The notes: generated by a model not told the origin, from the letters alone. A stretch of 64,000 nt of DNA from Chiloscyllium plagiosum (GCF_004010195.1 NC_057736.1:35748515-35812514); one strand, 5' to 3'; shown: positions 1 through 13,414, numbered from the stretch's first letter. Numbers and translations: made by a program.

Positions 1-758
1 GGCTGAACAGGCTGGGGCTGTTTTCCCTGGAGCATCAAAGGCTAAGGGGTGACCTTAGAGGTTTATAAAATCATGAGGGGCATGGATAGGATAAATAGAC
101 AAAGTCTTTCCCCCAGGGGGTGGAGTCCAGAACTAGAAGCCATAGGTTTAGGGTGAGAGGGGAAAGAGATAAAAGGGACCTAAGGGGCAACTTTTTCATG
201 CAGAGGGTGCATGTTTGGCATCAGCTGCCAGAGGAAGTGGTGGAGGCTGGTACAATTAGATTAGATTAGATTAGATTACTTACAGTGTGGAAACAGGCCC
301 TTCGGCCCAACAAGTCCACACCACCCCGCCGAAGCGCAACCCACCCATACCCCTACATTTACCCCTTACCTAACACTACAGGCAATTTAGCATGGCCAAT
401 TCACCTGACTTGCACATCTTTGGACTGTGGGAGGAAACCGGAGCACCCGGAGGAAACCCACGCAGACAAGGGGAGAACGTGCAAACTCCACACAAGTCAG
501 TCGCCTGAGGCGGGAATTGAACCCGGGTCTCTGGCGCTGCGAGGCAGCAGTGCTAACCACTGTGCCACCGTGCCGCCCACTAATTATTACAATTACAACA
601 TTTAAAAGGCATCTGGATGAGTATATGAATAGGAAGGGTTTAAGAGGGATAAGGGCCTGGTGCCGGCAAATGGAACTAGATTAGGTTGGGATATCTGGTC
701 GGTATGGACGAGTTGGACCGAAGGGTCTGCTTCCGTGTTGTACATTTCTATGACTCTA
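1..758 (+). mobile_element. CR1-type LINE 3' fragment (RT C-terminus and 3' tail), interrupted by a SINE
   Basis: Encodes LNRLGLFSLE...GDL.EVYKIM...FKRHLD motifs shared with other CR1 copies in the window; ends in the tail ctatgactcta. Confidence 0.9.
259..580 (-). mobile_element. tRNA-derived SINE (HE1-like shark SINE)
   Basis: Minus-strand head has A box TGGCACAGTGG and B box GGTTCAATTCC; (TCTAA)n tail; flanking direct repeat tacaatta at about 251-258 and 588-595. Confidence 0.85.
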
Positions 759-1699
759 ATTTATGCATAAATTCACAAGCCGCCAATCGAATGGCATAAA
801 CATCTTTTTTTAATATATTTTGAAAAGTTGCTGTACACTATTGCTCTGAACTAAGGTGACTTAAACGTTGCATTTAAAAGAATAGTATCGTTTAAATCCT
901 AAGATTTACAGCACAATTACTATCACAATGTTAATTCAGAATTTGACACAGTAATAAAAATACACAAATCCAACATTTATTAAGTGAATGTAGTTAAAGG
1001 AAAGAAAGTATGGAATCGTACCTCAATGTCTAAAGAACTAATAGTGGATGGATAATCATTTGTTTTTACACCCTTCAAAGTAGTTGTAATTTGATCTGTA
1101 CCTAAAGTTTGTGCTTCTTTCAGTTTTTCTTGGTTAACTTTTTTTTTATACACTGCTATTGTATGGTCACTTATTAAAGCTGCATGGAATCTGCAAATTC
1201 ACAGATCATATCTGATACCTTCATGTTGGAGGGAGAAATGCCACTTCAAGCAGTATTTCCAGGAACAAATAAGTTAACTGCTACTTTGAAGAAGAGTTCG
1301 TTCTTTACAAAAAAAATTGTCCTTTTTGATGCCATTTTTAGTATTTGTTTTAAAAAAGGTATCAACTGATTATACCCAGGTTTCCCTCTCCCTGTTGAGT
1401 TGAAAGATTGGACGGGACAAAAATAGTCTAATTATTATAATTTTAAAAGAGAAATACTTTTTAAATGAAAGAGTTTTAATTGAAACTAGCTCTGGAATTA
1501 TTACTGGAACACTTCTTTGCGGCACTAGAATAGGTGCAAACTGAGTGTTTATTGCCCTACCATGGTGAATATAGTGTAAACATACAACATTGTCAGGACC
1601 AGAGAATACATCATTCCATGGACCTCTTTGCAAAGAGGATTAACAGGGATTATATAAGTGTCACTTGCTAAATAAATTATATATTGTACTTGCACAGTA

Positions 1700-1705
1700 T
1701 TTATT
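1700..1705 (-). terminator. Candidate DNALI1 polyadenylation signal AATAAA (others at about 1548 and 976-981)
   Basis: First canonical AATAAA I found on the minus strand downstream of the DNALI1 stop. Confidence 0.5.
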
Positions 1706-1743
1706 CATCCATAGAATCTCTGCTCCATTTCTATTACTAGTCT

Positions 1744-2102
1744 GTTGTGGTTCTGTTTGCCGAGCTGGGAATTTGTGTTGCAGACATTTCGTCCCCTGTC
1801 TAGATGACATCCTCAGTGCTTGGGAGCCTCCTATGAAGCGCTTCTGTGATGTTTCCTCCGGCATTTATAGTGATTTGTATCTGCCGCTTCCGGTTGTCAG
1901 TTCTGGAACTGACTGACAACCGGAAGCGGCAGATACAAATCACTATAAATGCCGGAGGAAACATCACAGAAGCACTTCACAGGAGGCTCCCAAGCACTGA
2001 GGATGTCACCTAGACAGGGGACGAAATGTCTGCAACACAAATTCCCAGCTCGGCGAACAGAACCACAACAACGAGCACCCGAGGTACAAATCTTCTCACA
2101 AA
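1744..2102. mobile_element. Palindromic Penelope-like terminal-repeat insertion (family A) with hammerhead cores on both strands
   Basis: Inverted arms 1744-1901 and 1912-2069 with about 4 mismatches; 13-bp TSD ctattactagtct at 1731-1743 and 2103-2115; motif gca-CTGAGGA-t-gtcacc-tagaca-ggggac-GAAAtGTC-tgc. Confidence 0.85.
1780..1819 (-). ncRNA. Minimal type I hammerhead ribozyme motif, sense to DNALI1 (mirror copy on + at 1994-2033)
   Basis: CUGANGA core, stem II hairpin, GAAA, GUC cleavage triplet, 3-bp stem I gca/tgc. Confidence 0.65.
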
Positions 2103-2248
2103 CTATTACTAGTCTTTAGAGCATTGAGATTATATTCAATAGACTGAAACCTTTGCCTATATAATAACTTGTAAACAGTTTAAATTACAGTAATAGTATG
2201 AGAGCATAGTATACTTAAAAGTCAATATTGGAGAGCAAGTGCATAGTT

Positions 2249-2284
2249 TCATTTCCTTGGTGATATGATGCCTTCTAGTTGTGC
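2249..2284 (-). CDS. DNALI1: DNALI1 coding exon 6 (AQLEGIISPRK*)
   Basis: Acceptor cttttcttatcctag; matches the known DNALI1 C-terminus AQLEGIIAPKK; TGA stop; 36 nt. Confidence 0.95.
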   Translation of the reverse strand, partial: AQLEGIISPRK

Positions 2285-2539
2285 CTAGGATAAGAAAAGA
2301 AATTCATTTTGTGACTAATATTCCTTTCAAAAGTGACAAAATCCACTATAATTGGATGATAATTATTTAAGTAACAAGCATAAACTAAGTGCATAAGTAA
2401 CAAGGCATACAAAAACTATAATTTTTATCTATACATCTGCACAGACATACACAAGTGTGTACGTGTCCAAATTAGATTCAGATTATTACGAACTGTGAAA
2501 TCATTTAAATTGAACTGTTGCTTTTTTTAAAAAATGAAA

Positions 2540-4070
2540 CATAGCTGGCAAGATCAGCCCTTTATTAAACATTCCAACATGTCCTGGAGAAGGTGATAGT
2601 GAGCAGCCTCTTGAGTCACTGCAATTTTGGGGGTCTATGTACATGCACTTTGCTTTTAGGAAGGGAGTTCTTGGTTTTGACCCAGTGACCGAGAAGGAAC
2701 AGTGATGTAGTTTCTAGTTATAATTGTGTGTGACTTGGAGGGGCACTTGCAGATTGTGGTGTCACCCTTTGTCTCCTACTCTTATTCTTTTAGATGAACA
2801 TGTTTCGAAGGTGCCGTCAAAGCAATCTTGATGCGCTACTTTGACTTAGATGATGTCAAACTTCTTGCATGTTGTTGGAGCTGCTCTCACCCTGGCAAGT
2901 GGAGAGTATTCCAATACATTCTGACTTGTGCCTTGTAGATAATTCACATTGGAGGTTGCAAGACAATGGGAGAGAGTGAAAACATCAATGCCCTGAAACT
3001 ATTTCTTGCATCAAAGTTAACCACCACTTCAGGGAGTCAGGACAGTAGTGACTTGCTGGAGAATTTCCAGCATCTGACCTGCTTTTGAAGCCATGGTATC
3101 TGTAATGTGGGTTCAGTTAAGTTTCTAGTCAATGGTCAATGTTCAGGATGTTTAATAGTTGTGGACTCAGCAGTGGTAATTTAATTAAAAGTTAAGGAGA
3201 TATGGTTAGATACTCTTGTTGGAGATGGTCCTGGTGTGGCACTAATAATGCAAATGTTATTTGTTACTTATCAGTCCAAGTCAGAATGTTGTGTCAAGAG
3301 GAAGCACAGCAGGTCAGGCAGCATCCGAGGAGCAGGAGAATCGATGTTTCAGGCATAAGCTCATCATCAGAAATGTCCAGTTATTGCTGCGTGCAGTCAC
3401 AGTCTGCTTCAGTACTTAAAGAGTCGCAAATAGTGTTGAAGTAAGCATAAGCAAGCATATCCACTTCTGACATTATGATAAGAGGAATGGTCATTGATGA
3501 AGGCCCTGAAGATTGAGCCTAAGACACTACTCTAAGAATCTCCTGCAATAATATTTTGGGGATGAGATACCTTCCAAAACGACACCAGTCTTTGTTTTGC
3601 TAGGATGAGTGAAAACTTTTATTTCTGATTGCCATTGACTCCAGTTTTACTACAGTCACCTGATGTCACATTCAATGTCAAGGGAATCACTCTCAACTCC
3701 ATTCCCATGTTCAGCTTTATTGTCCATATTTTTAATGATATCTGGAACCAAGTGGCCCTGGTGGAATCCAACTAAGCACTGGTGAGCAATTATTGCTGCT
3801 AAGTTGTTCAATTATTCAGCAATTCTCAAAAGATCAGCTCTGCTTACATCCCATAGATGCTGCTGAGTTTTGTCAATAATTTCTGGTTTTGTTTCAAATC
3901 TTCAGCATCTACAGTTATTTGTTTTATGTGAGTGGTAATTGATTGGATTGCTTTTGTCTTGCTTTGAGGACAGGATGTATCTACATTGCCAGATAGATGC
4001 CAATGTTGTAGTTGCACTGGAACAGTTTAGCTGGAGGCATGTTTTGGATCACAAGTCCTCAGTAATCTAG
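2540..4070 (-). mobile_element. Degenerate non-LTR retrotransposon (LINE) fragment, a family distinct from the CR1 copies
   Basis: Similar in sequence to 9500-10880; its 3' end resembles the tail of the SINE at 58565-58893. Confidence 0.6.
3298..3372 (-). mobile_element. Single-arm Penelope-like terminal fragment (family B) with degenerate hammerhead core
   Basis: Reverse complement reads CTGATGAtgagcttatgcctGAAACATC; homologous to 7031-7270. Confidence 0.7.
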
Positions 4071-4074
4071 CAGT

Positions 4075-6240
4075 ACATCTTAAATCTAGCCCTATTGAGA
4101 TGAATGTTATTGTTGCATTTGCCTTCCCAACTGCCAACTGAACCTCCATTTTAACCTTAAGAAAATCCTGAACTAGGACTCTGAAGTCCCTTTGTGCTTC
4201 AGATTTCCAAAGTCTTTCCCCATTTAGAAAACAGTCTATGCCTCTATTCTTCCTACCAAAGTGTACAGCCTTACACAGCCATATTGTTTTCCTTCTGCCA
4301 CTTCTTTGCCCACTATCCTAGCCTGTTCAAGTCCTTCTACAACCTCCTTACCTCAATGGCACCTGTCCCTATCTTAATGTCAACTGTAAACTTAGCAACA
4401 ATACCCTCAGTACCTTTGTCCACATTGTCAGTATGTGAGTAGTTGTGGTCCTGCCCCCTGCGGAAATCCAGAAGACATCAGCAGCCATCCTGAAAAATAC
4501 CTCTTTATCCTCATTTTCTGCCAATCAGCCAATCCTCTATCTGCGCTAGTACCTTACCCTAACACCAAGGGCTCTTATCTTATTTGACAGCCTCCTGTGC
4601 CACACCTTGTCAAAGGCCTTCTGGAAATTTAAATGGCTCTCCTTCATCTAACTTGTTTGTTACCTCCTCAATGAATTCTAACAAATTTGTCAGGCATGAC
4701 ATCCCCTTGACGTAGCCATGCTAACTCAGCTCTATTTTGCCATGCACTTCCCAGTACTCCACAATCGCATCCTTTATCATAGGCTCTAAAATCTTACCAA
4801 CCAACAAGATTAGGCTAACCAGCCTATAGTTAGTTCCCTGACTTCTGCTTTCCTCCCTTCTTGAACAGGGGTGTTGAATTAGTCATTTTCCAGTCCTCTG
4901 TGAACCTCCCTGACTCCAGTGATTCCTGAAAGATTACCACCAATGCTTCCACAATCTGATCAGCTATCTCCTTCAGAATCCTGTGTGTAGTCCAGTCATT
5001 TATCTTTCAGTTTCCCCAGCACTTTCTCCTTCGCATGGCCAATAGACTCACCTCTCCCAATGACTCTCAAAGTTCTGGTATGCTACCAGTGTCATCTACC
5101 ATGATGATTAATGCAAAGTACCTATTCAGTTCCACCACCTTTTTTTTGTTCCCAATTACTAACTCTCCAGCCCCATTTTCCAGTGGTCCAGTGTCCATTC
5201 TTGCCTTTCTCTTAGCTCTTATATATCTAAAAAAAAAACTTTTGCAATCTTCTCTATTATTCCAAGACCATATTTCATCTTCTTCCCAACTTGTTTTGTC
5301 AATTTTACTCTGTAGGTTTTTAAAGGCTTCCCATTAATCTTCACATTGAATACTTTTTCTTTTGCTTTTATGCTGTCCCAAAATTCCCTTGTCAGCCATG
5401 ATTGCCTTGGCCTCCCTTTAGTCTATTTCTCTTTCCTTGGGATGAATTTCTGTTGTGCCTCCCAAATTACCTCTCAGAAATCCCTGTATTGTTGCTCCAC
5501 TATATTCCCTGCTAGGATCCCCTTCCAATCAACTCTGGTCAGCTCCTCCGCAACATCTTTGCAGTTACCTTTACTCAGTTGTAATACCATCACATCTGAC
5601 TCAAGCTTCATGCCCTTAAACTATCAGGTGAATTCTAATTATTGCAGTCACTCCCTAAGCAAGTCTACCTCATTGCACATCTCTAAATCCAGAATTGCCT
5701 GTTCGTGGTGAGCTCCACCACAAGCTGCTCCAGAAAATCATCATGTACACATCCCATGAATTCCTTTTCTTAGAATCTACGACTCACCTCATTTTCCCAG
5801 TCCACTTGCATATTGAAATGTTCCATGATTATTGTAGTTATGTCTTTCTTACATGCCTTTTCTATTTCCTGATTTATTTTCTGCGCTGCATCCTGACTAC
5901 TGCTAGGAAGCCTGTACATAACTCCCATTAGGGCCTTTTTCTACACCTTCTGATCCTATATTGGTCTTGCTATCAATTTAATTTCATTTCTCACTAACAA
6001 GGCAACCCCACTACTCTGCCTATCTGCCTGTCCTTTTGACAGGTTGCATGTCCCTGGATATTTAGTTCTGAATCATGGTCTCCTTGCAATCACGACTCTG
6101 TAATGCCCACACCATTGCACTGGCAATTTCAATCTGTGCTACAAGCTCAGTTAGCATGTTTCATATACTTTATGCATTTAAGTACAACACTCTCAGCCCT
6201 GCATTGACTGGGCCATTCTCATAGTTGTCCCCTTGACTTT
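4075..6240 (-). mobile_element. Old degenerate CR1 LINE ORF2 fragment
   Basis: Minus strand encodes the RT motif FQKAFDKV at about 4605-4627; many stops and indels. Confidence 0.75.
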
Positions 6241-7030
6241 GGAAATCTGAACAACTTCTCCTGATTACCCACCACCACCCCACCCAAGTCGTTTAAAGTG
6301 ACCACTTCATATACTCAAGTAATGATTGATCTCGTAAATTAATCACCTTGATCTTTGGGCTAAAAGAACATTAATTTTTCACTTATCGTGCCTTAGTCAA
6401 CCCCCACCTTTTAGCCAAAAATTTTGATTACAAATGGAGTATGACGGTTCAAGAAGGCAGATTGAAGGTAACTATACTTGGGCAAAAAATGCTGGCCCAG
6501 CCAGCAATATCAACATCCCATGACAGAATAAAACATAATTTATTTGTATTTACACCCAAGTGCTGCTTAGGTCAAACCTGCCCTGGTACAAACCCACTTA
6601 TTGACAGAATCATAGACAAGCATAACATTGAAAATGGCAGTCCAGCTATTCATGTCTGCACACATCAATGCATACTAGCAAGGCTACCATTTCACTGTCG
6701 TGTGCTACATACTCCAAGCTGGCATTTCTGAGATTGCAAGATGATAGGACAGGATGGACTTCAAAGTCAACTTGTACTTTTTGGCTAAAAGTTTAGACTT
6801 AAGAACAGTTATTTTATGTGGGTACACAAAATAGAAAACCGAGGTCAGTATATTTGAGTAAAATTAAAAGGCAATGAACTTGGAAACCAAACATCACAGT
6901 GAAGAATATCCACAAATATAAACAGATGGATGATATGAGATTACCAACCAATGTTTGGTGGAGACCAAGTGAGGAACTTTGCAATGCTATTCCATCTGAG
7001 AACAATAACAACTTTGATTTCCTCATACAT

Positions 7031-7270
7031 GAGAGAAAGTGAGGACTGCAGATGCTGGAGTACCAGAGTTGAAAAATGTGGTGCTGGAAAAACACAGCAG
7101 GCCAGTCAGCATCCGAGGAGCAGTAGAATCGATGTTTCGGGCATAAGCCCTTCTTCAGGAATGAGGGGAGCGCATTCCTGAAGAAGGGCTTATACCCGAA
7201 ATGTCGATTCTCCTGCTCCTCAGATGCTGCCTGGCCTGCTGTGTTTTTCCAGCACCACATTTTTCAACTC
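7031..7270. mobile_element. Palindromic Penelope-like insertion (family B) with hammerhead cores on both strands
   Basis: Inverted arms centred near 7168; TSD tttcctcatacat at 7018-7030 and 7271-7283; CTGAAGA-a-gggc-ttat-accc-GAAAtGTC at 7178-7205. Confidence 0.88.
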
Positions 7271-7672
7271 TTTCCTCATACATATTCATTTTAGTTCATT
7301 ACACAGTTGCTGAATCAGCTGTTAGTGAGCTTATAAAATGGCAATGATCCCTACTTCCTCAGTCACTTGCTCACGATTTGTTTTTGAGTGCATTGAAGAT
7401 TCAGAAAATATTGAACAAGGTGACCCCAAAACTGAGAAAATGCAAACCCTCATGTTTCATGTTGACATTTAACTAAATAGAGAAAATTTGTTTGTTTCAT
7501 TGTACCTCAAAATGAGGATTTACCAAAGGGGCTAATTTTATATTATTATATTTAATAATCCTCACCAACAGATGATACCAAAGTTGCAAAGGATAAAGTA
7601 AAATATATGGATACTTTGTCTAATCAGTTTGAATTAGAAAATACCAACTATAGCTTAATTTGTTTTGTTTAC

Positions 7673-7837
7673 CTTAAGCTGCTGGTTAGTCCGTTTGAGA
7701 AACTGTATTTCTTCTGCATGCTTCTTCTCCTCCACCTGACGTCTTTCATTCTCCCTTTTCTCTATGGCTTCACACTTCGCTTTCTGCTCGTTCAGTTGTC
7801 TCTCCAGTTCTTTCTTTTCTGCTTCCAAATCAATGAT
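7673..7837 (-). CDS. DNALI1: DNALI1 coding exon 5 (IIDLEAEKKELERQ...RTNQQLK)
   Basis: 165 nt; AG/GT boundaries; coiled-coil region near-identical to known DNALI1. Confidence 0.97.
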
Positions 7838-8051
7838 CTAACCAGGGAAAATATGCTCACAAGTTTTAATATAACATGGAATGGAAAATGAAGTCAAATT
7901 CCATTTTGTTTTCTTTTATGAGAAAGAAAGGCTTGTATTTATTGGTTATCCCTAATTATTATTGAGAAGATAGTGGTGTGACAGGCTGGATTGGACCTAT
8001 ACTTCTGATGGTTAGCCAATGTCCAGGATTTTGACCGAGTGTCACTGAATT

Positions 8052-9472
8052 AGGAGGAGCCAAGATGGTAGCTGAATAGGGCTCCTGATCCAGAGCTTGT
8101 CTGCTTTAACTGCTTGTACAGCTTCTTTTCTTGCTTTATTTTTGTTTTTTTTCTCTATTTACCTGCTGGAGGGAGTTTAGTCATGGTGACGGTGACAGCA
8201 GTGGCTGGGAGCACAGAGACTTTGACAGTCAGCAATGAGGCAGAACGCTGGTGGTCTATGCCATCACCGAAGCAACTGGGAGCCCTGAGCAAAACCACAG
8301 CAAGACTCTGGCAGCCTGTGGTGAGGCAGCTGGTGAACACAAATGGTGGTTGGTGGTAAGACAGTAATATGGAGACGCAGGGATAGAGCTGAACTTGAGG
8401 AGAGATCAAGCCCAAGACAGGGAGAGACCGAGCCCGGGACAGGGAGAGACCGGGCCCGGGACTGGGCGAGATCGGGCCCAGTATGCAGAGAGACATGGAG
8501 CATGGTGTGGGGTAAGATCGGGCCCTCTTTAGGAGAACTCAACGTAAAGCGACTGTAGGCCATGACTAAAGGACTGTAATTTGTAATTTTTGACATTATT
8601 TCTTATTTACCACATTATATTGACAAGAGCTGAAATTTTAACGTTTAAACTTATAGAGTCAAACAAAAGTACAGCATGGAAACAGACCCTTCGGTCCAAC
8701 CCATCCATGCGACCAGATATCCCAACCCAATCTAGTCCCACCTGCCAGCCCCTGGCCCATATCTCTCCAAAGTCTTCCTATTCATATACCCATCCAAATG
8801 CCTCTTAAATGTTGCAATTGTACCAGCCTTCACCACTTCCTCTGGCAGCTCATTCCATACATGTACCACCCTCTGTGTGAAAACGTTGCCCGTAGGTCTC
8901 TTTTATATCTTTCCCCTCTCACACTAAACCTCTAGTTCTGGACTCCCCCACCCCAGGGAAATACTTTGCCTATATACCCTATCCATGCCCCACATAATTT
9001 TGTAAACCTCTATAAGGTCACCCCTCAGCCCCCGACGCTCCAGGGAAAACAGCCCCAGCCTGTTCAGCCTCTCCCGAGAGCTCAAATCCTCCAACCGTGG
9101 CAACATCCTTGTAAATCTTTTCTGAACCCTTTCATGTTTCACAACATCTTTCCAATAGGAAGGAGACCAGAATTGCATGCAATATTCCAACAGTGGCCAA
9201 ACCAATGTCCTGTACAGCCGCAACATGACCTCTCAACTCCTGTACTGAATACTCTGACCAATAAAGGAAAGCACACCAAACGCCGTCTTCACTATCCTAT
9301 CTACCTGCGACTCCACTTTCAAGGAGCTATGAACCTGCACTTTTTACCTAAGATTATGTATTTAGTTACTTTGTACCTAAGATGGCACTGTGAATGGCGA
9401 CATTGTAAACTTGTAACTGCACTACTGTATCCCTGTCCTTGGGGACACATGACAATAAACCTAATTCTAATT
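8052..9472 (+). mobile_element. Non-autonomous retroelement-like repeat split by a CR1 insertion; contains short GC-rich tandem repeats at about 8410-8525
   Basis: Starts ggaggagccaagatgg; ends tgacaataaa-(ctaatt)n; a related inverted tail is seen at 42855-43000. Confidence 0.45.
8653..9337 (-). mobile_element. CR1 LINE 3' fragment
   Basis: ORF 8924-9226 MLRLYRTLVWPLLEYCMQFWSP...GDLIEVYKIM. Confidence 0.92.
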
Positions 9473-9499
9473 CTGAAGAATGGCTATATATTTCCAGTA

Positions 9500-10880
9500 T
9501 AGGATGGTGCCTGCTTTTGGAGATAACTTTGCAGACGGTGGTGTTCCTAAGCTCCTGCAGCCCTTGTAGTCCAGGTCATGGGTTTGGCAGGTGACGTTAA
9601 AGAAACCTTGTGAGTTGCAGCAACATATCTTTGGTAAAAAAAGAGTAAACGTTTGATGTGATGAACATAGTGATAATCAAGCAGACATTTCCTGTATAGT
9701 GTCAGCATTTTGCATATTTTCAGAGCTGTAATCATACAGGCAAGTGGAAAGTATTTAATCACATTCCTGACTTATGCTTTGTAGATGATAGCCAGGCTGT
9801 TAGGTCAGGAGGCTCATGCTGCAGGATTTCTAGCCTCTGACCTGCTCTTAGAGCCACAGTATTTTTGTGGCAGATCCAGTTAAGTTTCAGTGAACCCCAG
9901 GATGTTGCCAGTGGCAGATTCAGCAATGGTAATGTTATTGAAAGTTGGAGAGATCATTGAACTTTCTTTCTGAAGATGATCATTACCTAGCACAAATATT
10001 TCTTGTGAAATCAGCCTAATCCCTAATGTTGCCCAGATCTTGCTTCTAAGCCCTATTCTGCATCATAATCTGAGGCATAATGAACGCTGTGCCATCATCA
10101 GTGAAGAGCTCCACTATTGATTTCAGACAGAAGGAAAGTCATTGATGAACCAGTTGAAAATGTTTAGGCATAGACAGTAACCTGAGATACTTATGTGTAA
10201 AATAAGTTGGCTCTAATAACCACAATCAGCTCTCTTTACAGTAGGTATGAAGCAGCCAGTGGAGACTTTCTCCCCTGATTCCATTGACTTTAATTTTGTG
10301 AGGTCTCCTTGATGCCACAGTCTACCAAATGCAACCTTGACCTCAAGGTCAGTTCCTCTGGAGTTCAGCTGTTTAGTCCATATGAGGGCAGAGGGTGTAA
10401 TGGAATCTGGAGCCAAGTGTTCCTGGGAGAACTCAAACTAAACATCAGAAGACAGGTAATAAATTTAACATAACATCTCCTATCACTTTACTGCTGATTA
10501 AGAGTGGACTCATGGGCAGTAATTGGCCAGAATGGATTGTCCTGCTTTTGGTGGATAGATATACCTGAGCAATCTTTTACATTGTTGAATTGATGTCAGT
10601 TATGCTGGAACAGCTTGCCATTACAGCCAGGATAGAGGATAGGGTCCACAGCCTTTCTGGTATCCAATGCAGTCATCCATTTTCTAACATATGGGAAGAA
10701 TCACATTGACTGAAGACTGAAATCTGTGATGGTGGAGTCCTCAGGAGGAGGTTTCTGCTCGCTGAAGTTGGTTGCAAATGCTTCAAACTTGGGTCTTTTG
10801 CAATCAAATGGTGGATTCCACCATCACTGAGGATTAGGGTGGTCATGGCGTTTCTGTGTCCTGTTAACTGTTTGAAAATT
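9500..10880 (-). mobile_element. Degenerate LINE RT fragment (same family as 2540-4070)
   Basis: ORF 10213-10416 DLEVKVAFGRLWHQGDLTKLKSM resembles the RT motif LDIKAAFDRVWH. Confidence 0.7.
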
Positions 10881-10937
10881 ACCAACCTACTCACATGGGC
10901 ACTGAATGAGGATTTTTAAATCAACCCAAATGCTTAC

Positions 10938-11116
10938 CTTCTTTTCCATGTCAGTTTTGCCCTCTTCTGCTTGTAAAGCTTTCCTCATCCCAAAAGCCAC
11001 ACTGCTTTCGTACAGTGTCTGATAGGCAGAAATGGTCATTCGGATCTCATCGCGGACTCGCAGCAACAGTAATCCTCGCTCGGCACAGTTTATGGTCACT
11101 TGCCTGATTAGTTCAT
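10938..11116 (-). CDS. DNALI1: DNALI1 coding exon 4 (DELIRQVTINCAERGLLLLRVRDE...KTDMEKK)
   Basis: 179 nt; AG/GT boundaries; diagnostic axonemal dynein light intermediate chain (p28) sequence. Confidence 0.98.
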
Positions 11117-13414
11117 CTATAAAATCCAATGAAAAATGCAAAACTCAGAAAATATCCTGTGTCTTTCACAGCACACATGTCACAACAACAGAATGCTGTG
11201 TCACTTTTTTTTAATGTAGTTTATGTTTTTAAATCAAGTACATGAATGAGGAACACAGCATATAATTTAAGTGCTTACTGAATGTGTGCCTTTTAATGCA
11301 TTTAAGATAATTTGACTGTTCAGTTGAGTGCTTTTCCATTCAAGGAACGTGCTTGAGTTTGGATGTGATGCTCCAAAGTTGAAGAGCTTGATTACTGTCA
11401 GATCCAAGCATGGCACACAGGAGGATTGCCAGTGAACACAGAAAGTACAGGAGCACGTAAGTGTCTTTCCAAGTGAAATTGGAAGAAAGAAATGAGGGGG
11501 TTACTAACATTTACTTTATTAAACCTCACTTAGCAAAGCTGGATTATCGATACTGGGTTTATAAACTCAATACTTAACTACTTTAATGCTAAACCCCTTG
11601 AGTTATGAGCATAAATCAGCACAGATGTGAACAAGACCTACCGCATGGCCAAGTCTCAAATCAATGTTAACTCAGATACATAGATGGCAGATGGGCGAGT
11701 CACCTGAATCTGACATTTGGCTTCTACCACTGTTTACAGTTGTCCCTTGCCAACTGAGAACACAGAATGGAACCATATTCATGCCTGAGAGATGGGTGTA
11801 ATAACAAGATTTGTGGCAAGGTTGAGCAAGTTTCTCACTAGGCAGCAGCAAGTTGCCAATTCAGCATTATTGCTTGTTCGATGCCTTCTTAATGGCAAAC
11901 TTGCCTCATTAATATTCAGCTTTCTCTCTTATCAAACACACCAACAAACTAGATGTCAGGAATTCTTGACATGTAACAAATTGGTACCAGCATGCATTAT
12001 GGGCACTGGCCACACACATTCTACATTCACAGACATTAGCATCTGACATGAGGCAGTCTCTAAAAATCCTCATGGGACATCAGTGATCCACTTACAGGAC
12101 AATACTGCACTGAAAATACTGCAGTGCGGACTTTACCAAGAACTGTCATTATAATACTGCTGCAAGGATACAGTGCCCCTTCCTCTGCCTTGCTTTGCCA
12201 TTTAACACATGCACAAACCCAGGAGGCTTATCCAGGTTGGCAGAAGTCCTCAATGACGCCAAGGGACATAGCCTTCACTTAGGCAGTGCCAACACAGTGA
12301 GTCAAGGCCAGCCTTGAAAAACACTTCAGGGGTTTAGACACAGTCAGTCACTGAGGAAATCAGAATATCAATGCCCTCCACATAGCAATGAGGAGGCAAA
12401 GGTGGGCAATGCACCACCTGTCTTTCTTCCCTATTGTGGGCTGTTTTCCACCTGGGATTTGAGAAAGGCAGAATGCAAGTGGGTGCCACAGCTGTTACTT
12501 TTGTTGCAAATAGGAAGAGTCCTGAATAACTGAATAGCTCATGCATAGGAACTGCAGGGTTAGTGGTGTCAGGAGTTTGGAGTAGGTGAGAGCAGTTGGG
12601 AGAGATATTGCAGGCAACAGTGAGAGTGGTAGAGTATAAGTCTTGGTGGGACTCTAGTACAGCAACAGAAATAGTGTGAGGTATCAGAGAGAAGATGCTG
12701 GCCAAGTGGAGCAAGTCATTCTACGCTGTAGAATATTCCTCTACACAACTGAAACTGGCCTCAGCTGGATGGTCTGGTGTTGTAGCCTCCACAGCTGGTC
12801 CTGGGCAAAGAGGGTATCCACATCTATACACCATCATTCTGCAGGGCTTCCAGATTCCTGTCAGCATAGCGAGTTGCCAATTTTCTCATTGCTGTGCTGG
12901 AACAAATGTCAGGGACTTTGCAGGGCATCTCTGACTGACAGAGTTTTCCTGGGTACATAATGGACTTTTAAAAATGGCACAAGACTTGCTGCTCTTTCAG
13001 TGGGTGCCACGTTGCTTCAGAAAGGACACGTGGTAATATTTAGATAAAATCAAATGAGAGGGAAGCCATAAGGGTGGGATGGGTAGTTAATGAGGTAGTT
13101 TAATAAGTTAAGACAAGATATTTCACTTCAGGCTTCACAGCAGGAACCAAGTGAAACTTGCACTTAGTCAATAAAACATAAGATTCATCACAGAATTTTA
13201 AATGTGTAGATATTTTGCTTCTGCACCGATGCATTAAACCATATTGTAACTGTGTTAAATTTTGTTCCTTGAGATTCACAAAGGGATTCTGATTAGAGAT
13301 TTTGCAATAAAAGCCAGATCATTGAATTTCTCTGAAGATTTGTTATTAACGTTTGTGCTTATAACAGATTATAACCATATTGACAAATGAGAAACCAGTC
13401 CTGAAGAGACTTAC

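Noticed and set aside
500-580. tRNA gene
   Set aside because: The A and B boxes belong to a SINE head that continues into the SINE body and tail; the same applies near 58810-58893
6339-6370. Alternative DNALI1 last exon (ttcttttag then PKDQGD*)
   Set aside because: No homology to DNALI1; the true terminal exon is at 2249-2284
11780-13200. Cluster of short ORFs in DNALI1 intron 3
   Set aside because: No recognisable protein motifs or consistent splice structure; likely a decayed repeat I cannot classify
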